A DNA stretch of 64,000 nucleotides from Meyerozyma guilliermondii (Eukaryota): NCBI GenBank assembly GCA_051546255.1, contig CP128816.1:1178001-1242000 (forward strand). The letters are read 5' to 3'. The position numbers were made by a program, and so were the translations under genes. The notes under the pieces are model-generated. The model was not told where the DNA came from. It did no database searches and worked only from the letters and a program-made list of their open reading frames with translations. Shown in pieces: positions 52,304-63,593 of this stretch. How positions within the stretch are numbered: position 1 is the first letter of the stretch; each line of letters begins with the position of its first letter.

Positions 52304-52808
52304 CTTTATTGAACGTGTTTTGATCTCAAAAATGATAAACACCGGGTTACCCTGCGCGCGCCACAGAATAGACGATCTAAGAGTAGAGCGAAGAGAAGAG
52401 ATGAACAAGAAAAAAAGTGTATTTATGTGTTGAAACAAGGGTTGAATAGACACATTAAATATATCAGAGTAATCTAAATCAACATTAAAAGGTTGTTCTT
52501 GCAAGATTTTCTTGCTACTTGAAAAATGATTAAACGGATTGTACAAATATGAATACTCTACTAAACTTTTCATACTCTTTCTTTTCGCTTCTGTAAATGT
52601 TGCTTGTACCTGTCATCTGCGCTCCACCATAATTTTTTTGTTCCCCTTCATCACTCTCTACTGGATCATCACCTCTGCCATCCAATGCACCAAATATACT
52701 TATCGCGTTGCAAGCACAACTATACAATTTATTTCCTAATACACTTCAGCCTTATATTAACCCCAATCTCAGCCATTTTCACCATTTGGCTTATGCATTT
52801 CCACCACC

Positions 52809-55800
52809 ATGCACAAGCGTCAGAAAACTGAAAAGTTTCGACCGGGCTTCATTGTTTCTGTGAGAGTTACCAACTTTACAACCTACTCAAATGCAGAATT
52901 TCAGCTTTCTCCCACATTAAACATGATCATTGGGCCCAATGGTACGGGAAAATCAACCCTAGTGGCCGCAATCTGCCTTGGACTAGGCGGAAAAATCGAA
53001 TTAATCCGCAGAAAGACATTGAAGTCGATGATAAAAACAGGATGCTCAGAAAGTACCATTGAAATTACCCTTAAGAATGCAGAAGATGCAAATCCCGAAT
53101 ATTTGGTTATAGAGAGAACATTTACTGCGACTGAGCTGAATTGGCTTGTAAATAATCGTGTCTCGGACGAACGTACGGTTCGTAATGTGTGTCGAAAACT
53201 CAATATTCAACTCGATAATTTGTGTCACTTTCTTCCTCAGGAACGGGTGGCGGAATTTGCTACTCTTACTCCTGAAAAACTACTTTTACAAACCGAGCGT
53301 ACATTGGGAACGGGCCACCTTATCAGCCTTCACGAAGACCTCATACGTCTAGACTCCGAGCGAGAAACTGTGAAATCCGAACTTGAAAATAACAGTTCAA
53401 AGCTCGAACGGTTGAATGTAGAACGACAAGATCTAGAGGCAGAGGCGCAAAAATTCGAGGATTATCAAAAGAAATCCAGAGAGATAGAACTCCACAAGAT
53501 GCTACTTCCGTACGCCCAATTACAGGACCTAAAAGAGAGACAAAAAGAACTTAAAAGGCAGCGAGATGAAGCAAAGAAAAAGTTACAAAACTTCAACCTT
53601 ACGACCCAACCTTTAGAAAAGCAAATACGACAAACTGATGAACAAAGAAGAGATATACACGAACAACTCGACAAGCTCAAGCACCGCCATTCACTGTTAA
53701 CCACCCAATACAAGCAACAAACTGCACAGGTTCGAGAAGCAACAGACAAGATCACTGAACTAAAAGCGTCTGTGGAATCTCTAGCGAACAAGTCTGAACG
53801 TCGAAAACAAGAGGCCGAGAAACTAAAACAAGAACGACAAGAATTGGAAGTCAAGCTTCGATCTGTACCTGAAGTAGACGAGGAGGCTTTAAAGGACGCA
53901 AAGAAGAACCGCGATGACGCTTTCAGAGAATTAAACGAACAAAAGAGCAAAACCCAGCAGCTTGAAGATACAATGGAGCCCAAAGTATCTCGAATTCGTA
54001 ATCTTCAGGCTGACTTGAAACGTTACGAGGCCAAACTCACTTCCACTGACAAGTTGCTGGTGCTTGAAGCCAGAGGAAGACCGTATAATGAGTTGAGAGA
54101 GAATGCCCTTAAGGGTCATCTCTTACTTCGAGAAAATCCTCAGTTTCAGCTGCGATACTTTGAAGCTCCCATAGTATCTTGTGAGGTTACAGAAAAAGCT
54201 TATGCTCCTTTTATTGAAAAGGTGATTGACAATAATACTCTTCTCGCCATTACTGTTCCTGATCAAGAGAGTTACGATGAGGTTTCGAGACTTGTTTTCT
54301 CCAAATACAACGTCCCCATGAGACTCGCATTAGATGAGCCTGGTCGTTTACCAGTGCCACGTGAAAGGCTACACGAATACGGCTTCGATGGGTACCTTTC
54401 TGATTACATTAATGGACCACCAGTAGTGTTGAATATGCTCAAAGTTATCTCCAAGCTACACATGATTCCAGTAAGAAAGAATCCCATGTCTGACGAACAG
54501 TTTCAAAAACTTATTACTCCAAATGCTACTGGTCAGATTCCTTTCATGAAGTTTGTGGTTGCAGACGATTTTGTGAGTGTCTCACGATCAAGATACGGGT
54601 CCCGACAATTTTTCTACTCTACTGAAAAGGTGAGAAATGCCTCATTTTTCGTTACTGGCGGATTGTCTAGAGAGGCTCGCCTAGATATCAAAGAGAAAAT
54701 TGCGTCAGTTTCTCAGGAGTATCAACAGTGTCGAGACGAAGTCAAGCAACTCCGTCAAACAGCAGACAAGAATAGACTAATTTACGAATCAGTGAGCAAA
54801 AAATTGAGCGCTGCCCGTGTTAAGGTGGAAGAGCTCCAGTCAGTCAGATCCAACAGGGCCAAATTGGTAGCCTATATATCTGCGAAAGCTGATAGAATCA
54901 AGAAGATGGAACATGATGCACAAAAGGATTATACCGAAAAAGTTCGACAAACCGAACAAAGGATCAACGATATGTTTCACACAAGAGCCACAAAACTGGC
55001 AGAAGCTGCTCAGACGCTATCTCAGTTAACCATGCTTTCTATCGACATGGACTGCAAGAACTTTAAAATTCTTCAGGAAAAGAACCGTATAACAACTCTT
55101 AAAAAGTTGATTCACAGTCTTGACGATTACAAAAAGACTCTTGTTGAAGAATACGAAGAATTGAAGCGTAAGTATGACGAAATCAAGAAGAGTGATGCTG
55201 CACGGAAAGTTCGACAGCAAAGTGAAAACTACACGGAAAACGACAGAACAGTACTTTCATCGCTCGCTGAATCTTATCTTCTGGAAAACAATTTGAGTGA
55301 GGCCTTTATTCAAGACAGGATTCATTTCTTAGAAGACGAGCGGTCGGTGATGGCTACAGCCGACCAGAGTGCCATAGCTACTTTGGGACAAAGATTGCAG
55401 GAGATCAAGCAACTCGAACAAAGAATACCTCACCTTGAAGAAGAAAAGCACAAATTGGACAAGCAAATTGACGACAAGCGAGCCAAATGGGAACCTGAGC
55501 TATCAAGCATTGTTCTAAAGATTTCTTCAGCATTTCAAAGCAAATTCACAGCAGTAGCTAGTGATGGGCAGGTGGAATTGGTGAAAGCTGAGAGGTTTAA
55601 AGATTACAAGTTGCAAATATTGGTCAAGTTTCGAGAAAATACCGACCTAAAAGTGTTGGACAATCATTCTCAATCTGGTGGGGAGAGGGTGGTGTCCACG
55701 ATTTTTTTCATAATGTCACTCCAGGGATTGACGGAAGCACCCTTTCGAGTTGTTGATGAGATAAACCAGGGAATGGATCCTAAAAATGAAAAGATGGCAC

Positions 55801-55985
55801 ACAAGTATTTGGTTCAAACTGCCTGCGAAAATGATGCTTCTCAATACTTTTTGGTTACACCAAAGCTACTCACAGGTTTATATTACCACCCTGAAATGGC
55901 AGTTCATTGCATTTACACTGGGCCCTTTATAGAGAGCTCTGATAAATCTTTTCTTGACTTTAGGCAGCACACTGAAGTCAAATAA
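52809..55985 (+). CDS. SMC5: SMC5
   Basis: IIGPNGTGKST, FLPQERVAEFA, coiled coils, QSGGER, PFRVVDEINQGMD. Confidence 0.96.
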   Translation: MHKRQKTEKFRPGFIVSVRVTNFTTYSNAEFQLSPTLNMIIGPNGTGKSTLVAAICLGLGGKIELIRRKTLKSMIKTGCSESTIEITLKNAEDANPEYLVIERTFTATELNWLVNNRVSDERTVRNVCRKLNIQLDNLCHFLPQERVAEFATLTPEKLLLQTERTLGTGHLISLHEDLIRLDSERETVKSELENNSSKLERLNVERQDLEAEAQKFEDYQKKSREIELHKMLLPYAQLQDLKERQKELKRQRDEAKKKLQNFNLTTQPLEKQIRQTDEQRRDIHEQLDKLKHRHSLLTTQYKQQTAQVREATDKITELKASVESLANKSERRKQEAEKLKQERQELEVKLRSVPEVDEEALKDAKKNRDDAFRELNEQKSKTQQLEDTMEPKVSRIRNLQADLKRYEAKLTSTDKLLVLEARGRPYNELRENALKGHLLLRENPQFQLRYFEAPIVSCEVTEKAYAPFIEKVIDNNTLLAITVPDQESYDEVSRLVFSKYNVPMRLALDEPGRLPVPRERLHEYGFDGYLSDYINGPPVVLNMLKVISKLHMIPVRKNPMSDEQFQKLITPNATGQIPFMKFVVADDFVSVSRSRYGSRQFFYSTEKVRNASFFVTGGLSREARLDIKEKIASVSQEYQQCRDEVKQLRQTADKNRLIYESVSKKLSAARVKVEELQSVRSNRAKLVAYISAKADRIKKMEHDAQKDYTEKVRQTEQRINDMFHTRATKLAEAAQTLSQLTMLSIDMDCKNFKILQEKNRITTLKKLIHSLDDYKKTLVEEYEELKRKYDEIKKSDAARKVRQQSENYTENDRTVLSSLAESYLLENNLSEAFIQDRIHFLEDERSVMATADQSAIATLGQRLQEIKQLEQRIPHLEEEKHKLDKQIDDKRAKWEPELSSIVLKISSAFQSKFTAVASDGQVELVKAERFKDYKLQILVKFRENTDLKVLDNHSQSGGERVVSTIFFIMSLQGLTEAPFRVVDEINQGMDPKNEKMAHKYLVQTACENDASQYFLVTPKLLTGLYYHPEMAVHCIYTGPFIESSDKSFLDFRQHTEVK

Positions 55986-55998
55986 TATATACAAGAAT

Positions 55999-57507
55999 CT
56001 AAGCATTGACATACTTTTTCAATCTTTTGACAGCAGTATCGTCGCCTAGCACTTCGACTAGCACTGGAATTGTGAGACCAGGAGCACCCCCAGCCAAAGC
56101 ATTGCGCAACGACTGAAAAACGTCCTTCTTTTTCACATTGAATTCCTCACAAATTTTTGTGGTTGATTCTGCAAAAGGTGATGCCCAGAGTTCCAAGAAC
56201 CTTTGTACAATTTTCTTGAAGGTAGGTGTTCCTTTTGTAAAATCAATATCATCGTCTGTAAACAAGTATGCGTGGTTTGTTGTGATTTCGTTGAGGGATT
56301 GTAAACTGGGACCCAAAGCCACAAGTATTTTCTTGAGGTATGTGATGTCGAATTTATGGCCCGTGGCTGCGTCAAAGACTGGAAAATATTCAGCAGCCAC
56401 CAGATCACAATCGGTCGATATTCTCTGCTGCAAATGCTGTTTGTTGAAAAAAATTAATTTAGACTCATTGACCTTGACATTTCCTTTCGTCAAATGGTTA
56501 AGAGAGAACTTTTCAACCAATTGAGAAAGATTCATGGTTTCGTCTACTGAAACGCCGGGAGTATCTCTTGGTGGAGACCAACCAAGAAGAGCAACAAAAT
56601 TAATCAAAGCTTCTGGTAGAATTCCTCTTTCCTTATAGCTGAAAATACCAATATCCCCAGATCTTTTAGATAATTTTTTATCGGCCATTGAAGTCAAAAG
56701 CGGTATGTGGGTGAATTGTGGAGGTTCCCAACCGAAGGCACGATATAATGCAATATGCTTTGGAGTCGAAGGAAGCCACTCCTCGCCTCTAATGACATGG
56801 GTTATGCGCATAAGATGGTCGTCAACGACATTGGCAAAATGGTAAGTTGGAAGACCATCAGATTTGAGTATCACAAAATCATCGTAACGTCTATCGTCAC
56901 TATTGTACTGTTGTTGCAAATTCAAATGCCCATGAAGTAGATCATCAAATGGCTCGTATACGGAAGGCGATTTGAACCGAATTATATCACCGGTTTCCAG
57001 TGGATTGTGCAAACACTTACGGTCATAAGTCACTGTAGTTGGCGGTTTCAAAGCGGCCGCCGAGTCTCTCAAAAACAAAAGACGTTCTTGCGAGCACGAA
57101 CAGCGATAGGCATGGCCCAATTGAATCAATTCTTCGGCATATCGTTGATAAATAGAGGTTCTGTCGGACTGCCTATAAGGTCCATACGGCCCACCTTGCT
57201 GAGGCCCTTCATCCACTTCAATTCCACACCACTTTAAACTGCGATATATGTTTTCCTCCGCTCCCTCAACCAACCGCTTTTGATCTGTATCCTCCAACCG
57301 AAGCAAAAACTGGCCACCAGTATTTTTCGCTAACAAATAATTGTATAACGCTGTACGAAGACTTCCTAAATGTAGAAAGCCAGTAGGAGAAGGTGCAAAT
57401 CTCGTCCTTGCAGCTACCGCAGGATGTACAGTTCCAGGGTTTGAACTTGGCACCGATCTTCGTAACTTGGTGCGGAGTGCCAGTTTACTGTACCATCGTA
57501 AGAGCAT
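55999..57507 (-). CDS. MSE1: Mitochondrial glutamyl-tRNA synthetase
   Basis: Presequence, RTRFAPSPTGFLHLG, KLSKR. Confidence 0.95.
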   Translation of the reverse strand: MLLRWYSKLALRTKLRRSVPSSNPGTVHPAVAARTRFAPSPTGFLHLGSLRTALYNYLLAKNTGGQFLLRLEDTDQKRLVEGAEENIYRSLKWCGIEVDEGPQQGGPYGPYRQSDRTSIYQRYAEELIQLGHAYRCSCSQERLLFLRDSAAALKPPTTVTYDRKCLHNPLETGDIIRFKSPSVYEPFDDLLHGHLNLQQQYNSDDRRYDDFVILKSDGLPTYHFANVVDDHLMRITHVIRGEEWLPSTPKHIALYRAFGWEPPQFTHIPLLTSMADKKLSKRSGDIGIFSYKERGILPEALINFVALLGWSPPRDTPGVSVDETMNLSQLVEKFSLNHLTKGNVKVNESKLIFFNKQHLQQRISTDCDLVAAEYFPVFDAATGHKFDITYLKKILVALGPSLQSLNEITTNHAYLFTDDDIDFTKGTPTFKKIVQRFLELWASPFAESTTKICEEFNVKKKDVFQSLRNALAGGAPGLTIPVLVEVLGDDTAVKRLKKYVNA

Positions 57508-57938
57508 GTAGCTTGATTCGAGATGGTATACAGGAAACTGGTGAGATACGAGATGACGACTGTGTACAGGAGCGAAGCTAGACTGCCACAGTAGCCATTT
57601 ATGAAGCAAAAGATCAAGTCACACAATCAAAAGATCAAAAACGAAGTAAATTTATAAGTGATCGTGCTGAACGTAAATTGAAACAATGTTTCTACTTGCT
57701 CAAAGTTTCATTTTCATTTATCAAGTGTCTTTTAATACTTAGTTTCGCATTGAGAACCAAAGAATTTCATTACAAGGAAGGAATTCCGTTAAAGTCTTCT
57801 CCCGTCTTCTCCCGGCACCCCCTGCCCCACCGTATTACGCCCTTGCAGCCTACCCAGTATTTGCCACCCTTCTGCTTACATAAGCAGGAGATATTAAAAG
57901 GTGTGATTCCCCCTCGCGGTGATCATTAACTTGCTGCA

Positions 57939-59036
57939 ATGTGCAGATCCAAGAAAAACGATTCCAACTACAACGAAGACCTTGAAAAGGTTGTTTCCAA
58001 TGTCAATGACCTCAAGACCAACTTGGGTTCTTTGGCGTCTTCTTTTTTTGCTGAAGATGGTCCTTTCACTGAATGGCAAGATCGGGCAAAATCGTTATCA
58101 TCAGGTGTGATGGATGAAGCGTGGAAACTGGTCAATGAAGTCAAGGGCGAAGTACAGAGTCTCTTGGATGATGACGCGTTTTTCCCTAAGCCTTATCAGA
58201 CAAGACTGGGAAAACAAGAAACAATTGATAGGGTGTCTAATAATGACTCTAGATGGGGTACATGGGGCGGCTGGCAATCGAGATGGCGCGGTCAAACCCC
58301 ATTCGGGTTCTACTCGTATCAAGCTCCATCGTCCAGGTCCTACCACGAGTGTTTACAGAAGAATGGAGAAACGGTATGGGACTCCGAAGGGTATTGGAGG
58401 TGCTTGTTCCCCAATGCCGAAGTGCCTAATCTGATTCTTGCGAAGAAGGATTCTAATCAAATTTTGACCAAGGAAGACTTTAATAATGCTGCTGCACATG
58501 CCAACGTTCAGGATGGCGTGTATGATTTGGGTGCAAAAGGCACATACTTTAAGCAGTTTACAGACTACCTCAATTGGAAGGAAGCGATGTATGAGAATGT
58601 GAGACGAGAGAAAGAGAACCGGTGGAACAAGTTGAAGGACCTGAACCAGCTGTGGCACGAGCTGTGGCACGAGAAGCATCACAAACGCGATTTCTCTCAT
58701 AAGCTGTTGCACGAACGGTGGCACGAGAAACATGATCTGCCTCAAGAGTCTCCAGAACAGGTGGAAAAATCTGAGCCACAAGATTTGGGAATCGTGTCGT
58801 ACTCGGTTCTGAATGTTTTCAATTCCAGCAATGAAGGAAACTTCTTGTCGGAGACCCGTACTGAGCGTTTTAAGGACGGTTCCACTCGCACCACAACCAC
58901 CACTAAGCGTAAGCCCGTGGATTCGCTGGACTGGATTACGGTAGAGGATAAGACCGATTTTAATGGAAACGATATGAACAGTCTCGCGGCTCAGAACGAC
59001 AATCAAAGCAGAAACGGCTGGTTCTGGCGCAAGTGA
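57939..59036 (+). CDS. MPM1: Mpm1-like mitochondrial membrane protein
   Basis: PSSRSYHECLQKNGETVWDSEGYWRCLFP and YFKQFTDYLNW motifs; terminal GWFW. Confidence 0.65.
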   Translation: MCRSKKNDSNYNEDLEKVVSNVNDLKTNLGSLASSFFAEDGPFTEWQDRAKSLSSGVMDEAWKLVNEVKGEVQSLLDDDAFFPKPYQTRLGKQETIDRVSNNDSRWGTWGGWQSRWRGQTPFGFYSYQAPSSRSYHECLQKNGETVWDSEGYWRCLFPNAEVPNLILAKKDSNQILTKEDFNNAAAHANVQDGVYDLGAKGTYFKQFTDYLNWKEAMYENVRREKENRWNKLKDLNQLWHELWHEKHHKRDFSHKLLHERWHEKHDLPQESPEQVEKSEPQDLGIVSYSVLNVFNSSNEGNFLSETRTERFKDGSTRTTTTTKRKPVDSLDWITVEDKTDFNGNDMNSLAAQNDNQSRNGWFWRK

Positions 59037-59150
59037 CTAAATAATAAAGTGATTGTACATAGATGAATGAATTATGAGAATCTGAATATCTGGTGCAGTG
59101 GGCCTCGAGAGTGCTTATTTCCAAGTCGGCTCGAAGTTGACATCGGTATC

Positions 59151-59573
59151 ATGAACCCCTTAAACAAGATCATCTTTCTTTCGGCATTCCTTGCGTCGGG
59201 ATTCTTGTTGATCTTGCTTTCCTGTGCATTATATAACAATTGGAAACCATTATGGGTCATTGTCATCTTTTTAGTGGCGCCTCTTCCCAATATCATAGCA
59301 TCATCAATTGAGAATAATCGAGACGACTTTTTGACATTTAGTAACGATCATGGCAATAATCCTACTCCTGTTGAAGAGGCTGCCAAGTATATCACCGGAT
59401 TTTTGATAATTAGTGGTATAGCATTACCGCTCACATTATATCATACCCATATAATCGAAGTGGGATCTACAATCATGAGTATAATCGGAGGACTAATAGT
59501 TTATGGAGATATCATTTTGTTCATCTGGTTTTTCAGTGATGAAGAGGAGGAAAATGACGACTTTAATTTCTAG
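59151..59573 (+). CDS. VPS55: Vacuolar protein sorting 55 (OB-RGRP family)
   Basis: LASGFLLILLSCALYNNW, APLPN, SGIALP; four TMs. Confidence 0.92.
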   Translation: MNPLNKIIFLSAFLASGFLLILLSCALYNNWKPLWVIVIFLVAPLPNIIASSIENNRDDFLTFSNDHGNNPTPVEEAAKYITGFLIISGIALPLTLYHTHIIEVGSTIMSIIGGLIVYGDIILFIWFFSDEEEENDDFNF

Positions 59574-59578
59574 ATTAT

Positions 59579-60349
59579 CTAATTAAGTACCACCAAAAGA
59601 AGTATCAAGATTACCGTCAACACCACTATGGTGACTAGGCTTCCATTTTCTCTACATGCTTGTCGAAACTTACGAAGCCGGTCAGTGGCTCGGCGGAGTC
59701 GAATTTGGGAAGCATCAACTCCCAGTTCCAAATCGTTGAGAAGAATTAAATGGTCGTCCACCTCGTCATTAATAGACACTCCCATGGCATGCTGGCGACG
59801 CACAGAGTCATGGATAGTATCGAGCTGCAGGTCCTGGTCGAGAATTTGCTGTTGATGCTGAGCGAAAAGTTGCTGGTTTGTATCGGGATCAAACGATCCT
59901 AAACTTGCCTCTTCATCGTCCCGATATGGTTTAAAGGCTTTGGTTCCCATAAGCTCGCTACGCATGGTATCAGGATCATCCTGGAACCGCACTGTCTTTG
60001 GTGTTGATGCTAATACTGCGGTAACCTCTGGAATTGGGTCAAAGTGTAAGGCATATTCAGAAACGTCGATATATGTATCGGATTGTAGGCGGTCGAAACA
60101 GCGCTGATATCGATCGAGTCGGGCCTGGAATTCCGTTATGGCTGCCTGGTTTGTTCCATTCACCAAGATGTCATGTAACAGGGACAACTGTTTTGCCAGG
60201 CGGGAAACATGGCTAATAATATCTAGATTATCGTTGGCAGATGGCTCCAAGCGAAGCACCAGAACAAGACGCAGCCGCTCATCGAGTTCCAGCTCCAACG
60301 CCCCTAACTGGGTGTCCACTTTTCTAAGTGCCTGGTTAAGCTCATTCAT
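59579..60349 (-). CDS. SYN8: Endosomal Qc-SNARE
   Basis: SNARE motif (DQD.QLDTIHDSVRRQH.MG.SINDEVDDH) and C-terminal TM anchor. Confidence 0.8.
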   Translation of the reverse strand: MNELNQALRKVDTQLGALELELDERLRLVLVLRLEPSANDNLDIISHVSRLAKQLSLLHDILVNGTNQAAITEFQARLDRYQRCFDRLQSDTYIDVSEYALHFDPIPEVTAVLASTPKTVRFQDDPDTMRSELMGTKAFKPYRDDEEASLGSFDPDTNQQLFAQHQQQILDQDLQLDTIHDSVRRQHAMGVSINDEVDDHLILLNDLELGVDASQIRLRRATDRLRKFRQACRENGSLVTIVVLTVILILLLVVLN

Positions 60350-60434
60350 GATCTAAGAACGCAACCAGCAGACGATAAAGGGTGGCACCCAAACACCATT
60401 TATGTGCTGCCTGTGGCGTAATCATCGGCCCAAA

Positions 60435-60848
60435 TTAGCGCCGATGCTGAGGGTAGACCGGAACCACATATGTATTGCTGGGCACACTGGCGTCTATGGT
60501 GGCAATAAATTGGCGTAATTGGCGTTCAATCTCTTCTGTTTCCGCCACAATCATATCTTCTATGCAGTCCAACATATTAGTGACATTATGAATGCTGGAA
60601 TTACCGGTGGCGATTTGGGACTGAAAATGAGTATGATGATTTCTATTGGTTTTCCGCTCCGGGGTTGTAGGAATTGATGAAGCTACGGTTTCTGTAGTCA
60701 TTGCTGACGCGAGACTATTTCGCGACGACCGGCGTGACGTAGACGATGACGATGATGGCGATTGAAAAGAGTATGCTTCCCACGAGTCGGCAATATCTTC
60801 TGGGATAAGGTTGTCTAGCTGGACGAGTAGGTTTTGGCGTCGTGACAT
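60435..60848 (-). CDS. Hypothetical Ser-rich protein (137 aa)
   Basis: ATG ORF with good context; family not recognised. Confidence 0.5.
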   Translation of the reverse strand: MSRRQNLLVQLDNLIPEDIADSWEAYSFQSPSSSSSTSRRSSRNSLASAMTTETVASSIPTTPERKTNRNHHTHFQSQIATGNSSIHNVTNMLDCIEDMIVAETEEIERQLRQFIATIDASVPSNTYVVPVYPQHRR

Positions 60849-61741
60849 TGGGTATTTTCAGAAGTTAATGGTAATATGTGGAATGTAGCCTGGGAATATG
60901 TGCTGGAAGTAATAACAAAGTGATAAAGTAGTTATTGAGTAGTTATTAAGTAGTAACTTGTTGATTTGTCTGAGTTTTGTAAGAGTGGACTGATTGCACT
61001 ATTAATACTTTTTGCGCGTAAACCATTTGCAGTCGCGGTCCGCGTCGCGGCTGCAGGGTGTCGCCTGTTTTAAGGTACTTGACCCATTTGGACAAAAGGT
61101 TTTTGACGGTACAATCGCGAAGACGCATAAGGGAGCGTCAAAATTTGCGTAACAAGGGATGGATTCTGATGCAATTGCGGTTGTCAATAGTGGAGACAAT
61201 AGCGATGCAGCATTCGGATGCATGGCGGCGCATGACATTGCATCCGATACTTATTGTTCGTGGGTGCTGCGTGCACCCATACACCCTGAAGTTGCAGCCA
61301 ATGGTGCCAAAGGTGTCATCGAAGAAGAAGAGTGAAGAAGGAGATGATGAAATTTTAAATCAGTCTTCTTTCAGATCTCTTTGTTTTCTGGGTACGAATT
61401 ACTTTTCTTTTTTTATTTGAATTTATCATTTCAAGCTTCCATTTGATTGCTCTTTCCACCATTATTGTCTCAACCATCTTGTCGTCTTCTACTTACCGTC
61501 TACTGCTTACCATCTTCTGCTTATCGTCTTCTCATCTTTTCATTTATCATCTGTTCGCAATGCTGTTTCTGCCGGTCTCTGCAGCAATGTCGCCGCGGCG
61601 CCCCGCGGCGTATGTCGCGCGCAACCGCCATTCAACTACTATAAGAAGAGGTCGCCACGTTTACTTCTCTATTATAGACAGCATTTAAAAGTTTAAAGTT
61701 CACAAAAGATTAATAATTAAAGCTCACAAAAAGTACTGACC

Positions 61742-62419
61742 ATGACCTCTGCTAAACCATCAACTATAGTATGTGTTTTTTGCGGATCTTCGTTTGGTAA
61801 TAAACCTGGTTATGCCAATGATGCCACCGAATTGGGACAAAAGTTGGCCCATAAAGGCTGGGGAGTCGTCTACGGAGGCGGAACTACCGGTGTCATGGGT
61901 GCAGTGGCCCGTGGATGCGCCACTAATGGAGGATATGTTCATGGAATAATTCCCGAGGCATTGATTTCGAGAGAAAGAACCGAAGAAAGTGCCGAGGATC
62001 TCAATCAAAAACTCAAGGAGTCAATTGACAATCACGATGGCAGTACACCTTTACCTGACTCGAAGGAATACGGAAAAACCACGTTGGTGAAAGACATGCA
62101 TACTCGGAAACGGATGATGGGAGAAGAAGCCAATGCATTTGTAGCACTTCCTGGTGGATATGGCACTTTAGAAGAGCTTATGGAGGTGGTTACATGGTCA
62201 CAGCTTAATATTCATAACAAGCCTATTGTATTGTACAATTTGGATGGATTTTATGACAACTTTCTCAAATTCATTAATGACGCAATCGAATCTGGATTCG
62301 TTTCGAAAAAGAACGGAGAGATCATCAAGGTGGCATCCACCGTAGACGAATTGATAAAAGCGATAGAGGAGTACGAGGCGCCCGAGGGAAAATTTAATTT
62401 AAAGTGGGATACCACCTAA
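61742..62419 (+). CDS. LOG1: LOG-family phosphoribohydrolase
   Basis: [30 protein letters not shown]. Confidence 0.93.
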   Translation: MTSAKPSTIVCVFCGSSFGNKPGYANDATELGQKLAHKGWGVVYGGGTTGVMGAVARGCATNGGYVHGIIPEALISRERTEESAEDLNQKLKESIDNHDGSTPLPDSKEYGKTTLVKDMHTRKRMMGEEANAFVALPGGYGTLEELMEVVTWSQLNIHNKPIVLYNLDGFYDNFLKFINDAIESGFVSKKNGEIIKVASTVDELIKAIEEYEAPEGKFNLKWDTT

Positions 62420-62510
62420 ATATCTATATAACGGATCTCACAAAAGTGTAAAGAATGTAGCCACTATAGTGCGTTCATCTAATGCATCAGAAAAGTATGG
62501 GTTGATGCTG

Positions 62511-63290
62511 TTAATGAGGGTTGATATCGTCCGACTCATCGTGCACGTGGAACAAGTCTTCAAACTCATCATCTGGAATTTCAAGCTCGTTCAAGTAGCC
62601 GGTGCTCACATCGTACATCATTCCCCACACCTCGATTTCGCCATTTTTAAGAGCCATCGAGGCAGATGGGTGACGCTTGAGCGCCATCACAGACAGCACC
62701 ACATTAAGTTCTGCCAACTTACGAGCCTTCATTTTAGGATCATCATTGTACTCATTGAGGAGTTTCAAATTGGCAGCTCTAATGTGACGGATAGGATTGA
62801 GCCATAAATCAAGTACCCCACCAATCTTCTTGGACGAGAGCGATGCCCATACGCCTCCACAATCGGTGTGACCACAAACAATGATTTTTTTAACTTTGAG
62901 AACATCGATTGCAAATTGAATGATACCTTGTGAAGAAATATCACTAGCAGTGATAATGTTGGCAATGTTTCTATGGGTGAAAATCTCACCTGGAAGAGTA
63001 GCCAAACAGCTTTCTCCAGCACGAGAATCAGAGCATCCGATCCATAAAGTATGAGGAGATTGTCCTCTTCCATTAAGTTCAAATACCTCAGATGAATGGT
63101 TATGTTTGATGGAATCAACAAAGTAACGATTGTTATCCAAAAAATCCTTCTTGGTGGACTCCTTCAGCAACAGAAATGGAGTATGGGAGTGAGAACTAGC
63201 ACGAGCTGAAGTCTTGAGATAATCGGCCAGCGCCAAGTCCGTCTCGTTGTCATGTTCTAATTGATATCTGAGAATATTTTCCCTACCCAT
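62511..63290 (-). CDS. NCE103: Beta-carbonic anhydrase
   Basis: MGRENIL start as recalled for Candida Nce103; WIGCSDSR, CGHTDCGG zinc ligands. Confidence 0.96.
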   Translation of the reverse strand: MGRENILRYQLEHDNETDLALADYLKTSARASSHSHTPFLLLKESTKKDFLDNNRYFVDSIKHNHSSEVFELNGRGQSPHTLWIGCSDSRAGESCLATLPGEIFTHRNIANIITASDISSQGIIQFAIDVLKVKKIIVCGHTDCGGVWASLSSKKIGGVLDLWLNPIRHIRAANLKLLNEYNDDPKMKARKLAELNVVLSVMALKRHPSASMALKNGEIEVWGMMYDVSTGYLNELEIPDDEFEDLFHVHDESDDINPH

Positions 63291-63418
63291 GATGCGACTC
63301 AAGGTACCAAGTTGTCTATAGCTACGAAATAAAACCAGTGTGTGGTGAGAAAATTGTGGCGGCATCCATCCATTTATATCAATTTTTTTGTCATCTCAAC
63401 ATTCGGAACCCAACCGTA

Positions 63419-63425
63419 GTGACGT
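63419..63425. promoter_or_regulatory. ATF/CREB-like site (Cst6/Rca1 candidate) upstream of NCE103
   Basis: GTGACGT; TATAAA on the minus strand at 63373-63378. Confidence 0.5.
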
Positions 63426-63593
63426 AGCCCATCTTGCATGGCCGTTAGCTAAGCGCTTACCCGCCAAAGATGAGACGATAACGATTCGGTTACGCCGGTG
63501 CAGGCTCCGCCGGCGCTCGCCACAACTCGCCGCACTCGCCGCGGTTGCGATGATTTCGCATTGCTAAATTCCCATCGCGATTCCAACGCGTCG

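Noticed and set aside
52226..52831. Several short ORFs between MLC1 and SMC5
   Set aside because: Mutually overlapping and low complexity, one crosses the MLC1 exon/intron; no family recognised
63291..63365. In-frame upstream ATG giving NCE103 a presequence-like extension
   Set aside because: The TATAAA box lies only about 8 nt upstream of that ATG, so it is probably outside the mRNA; MGRENIL matches the recalled Candida start
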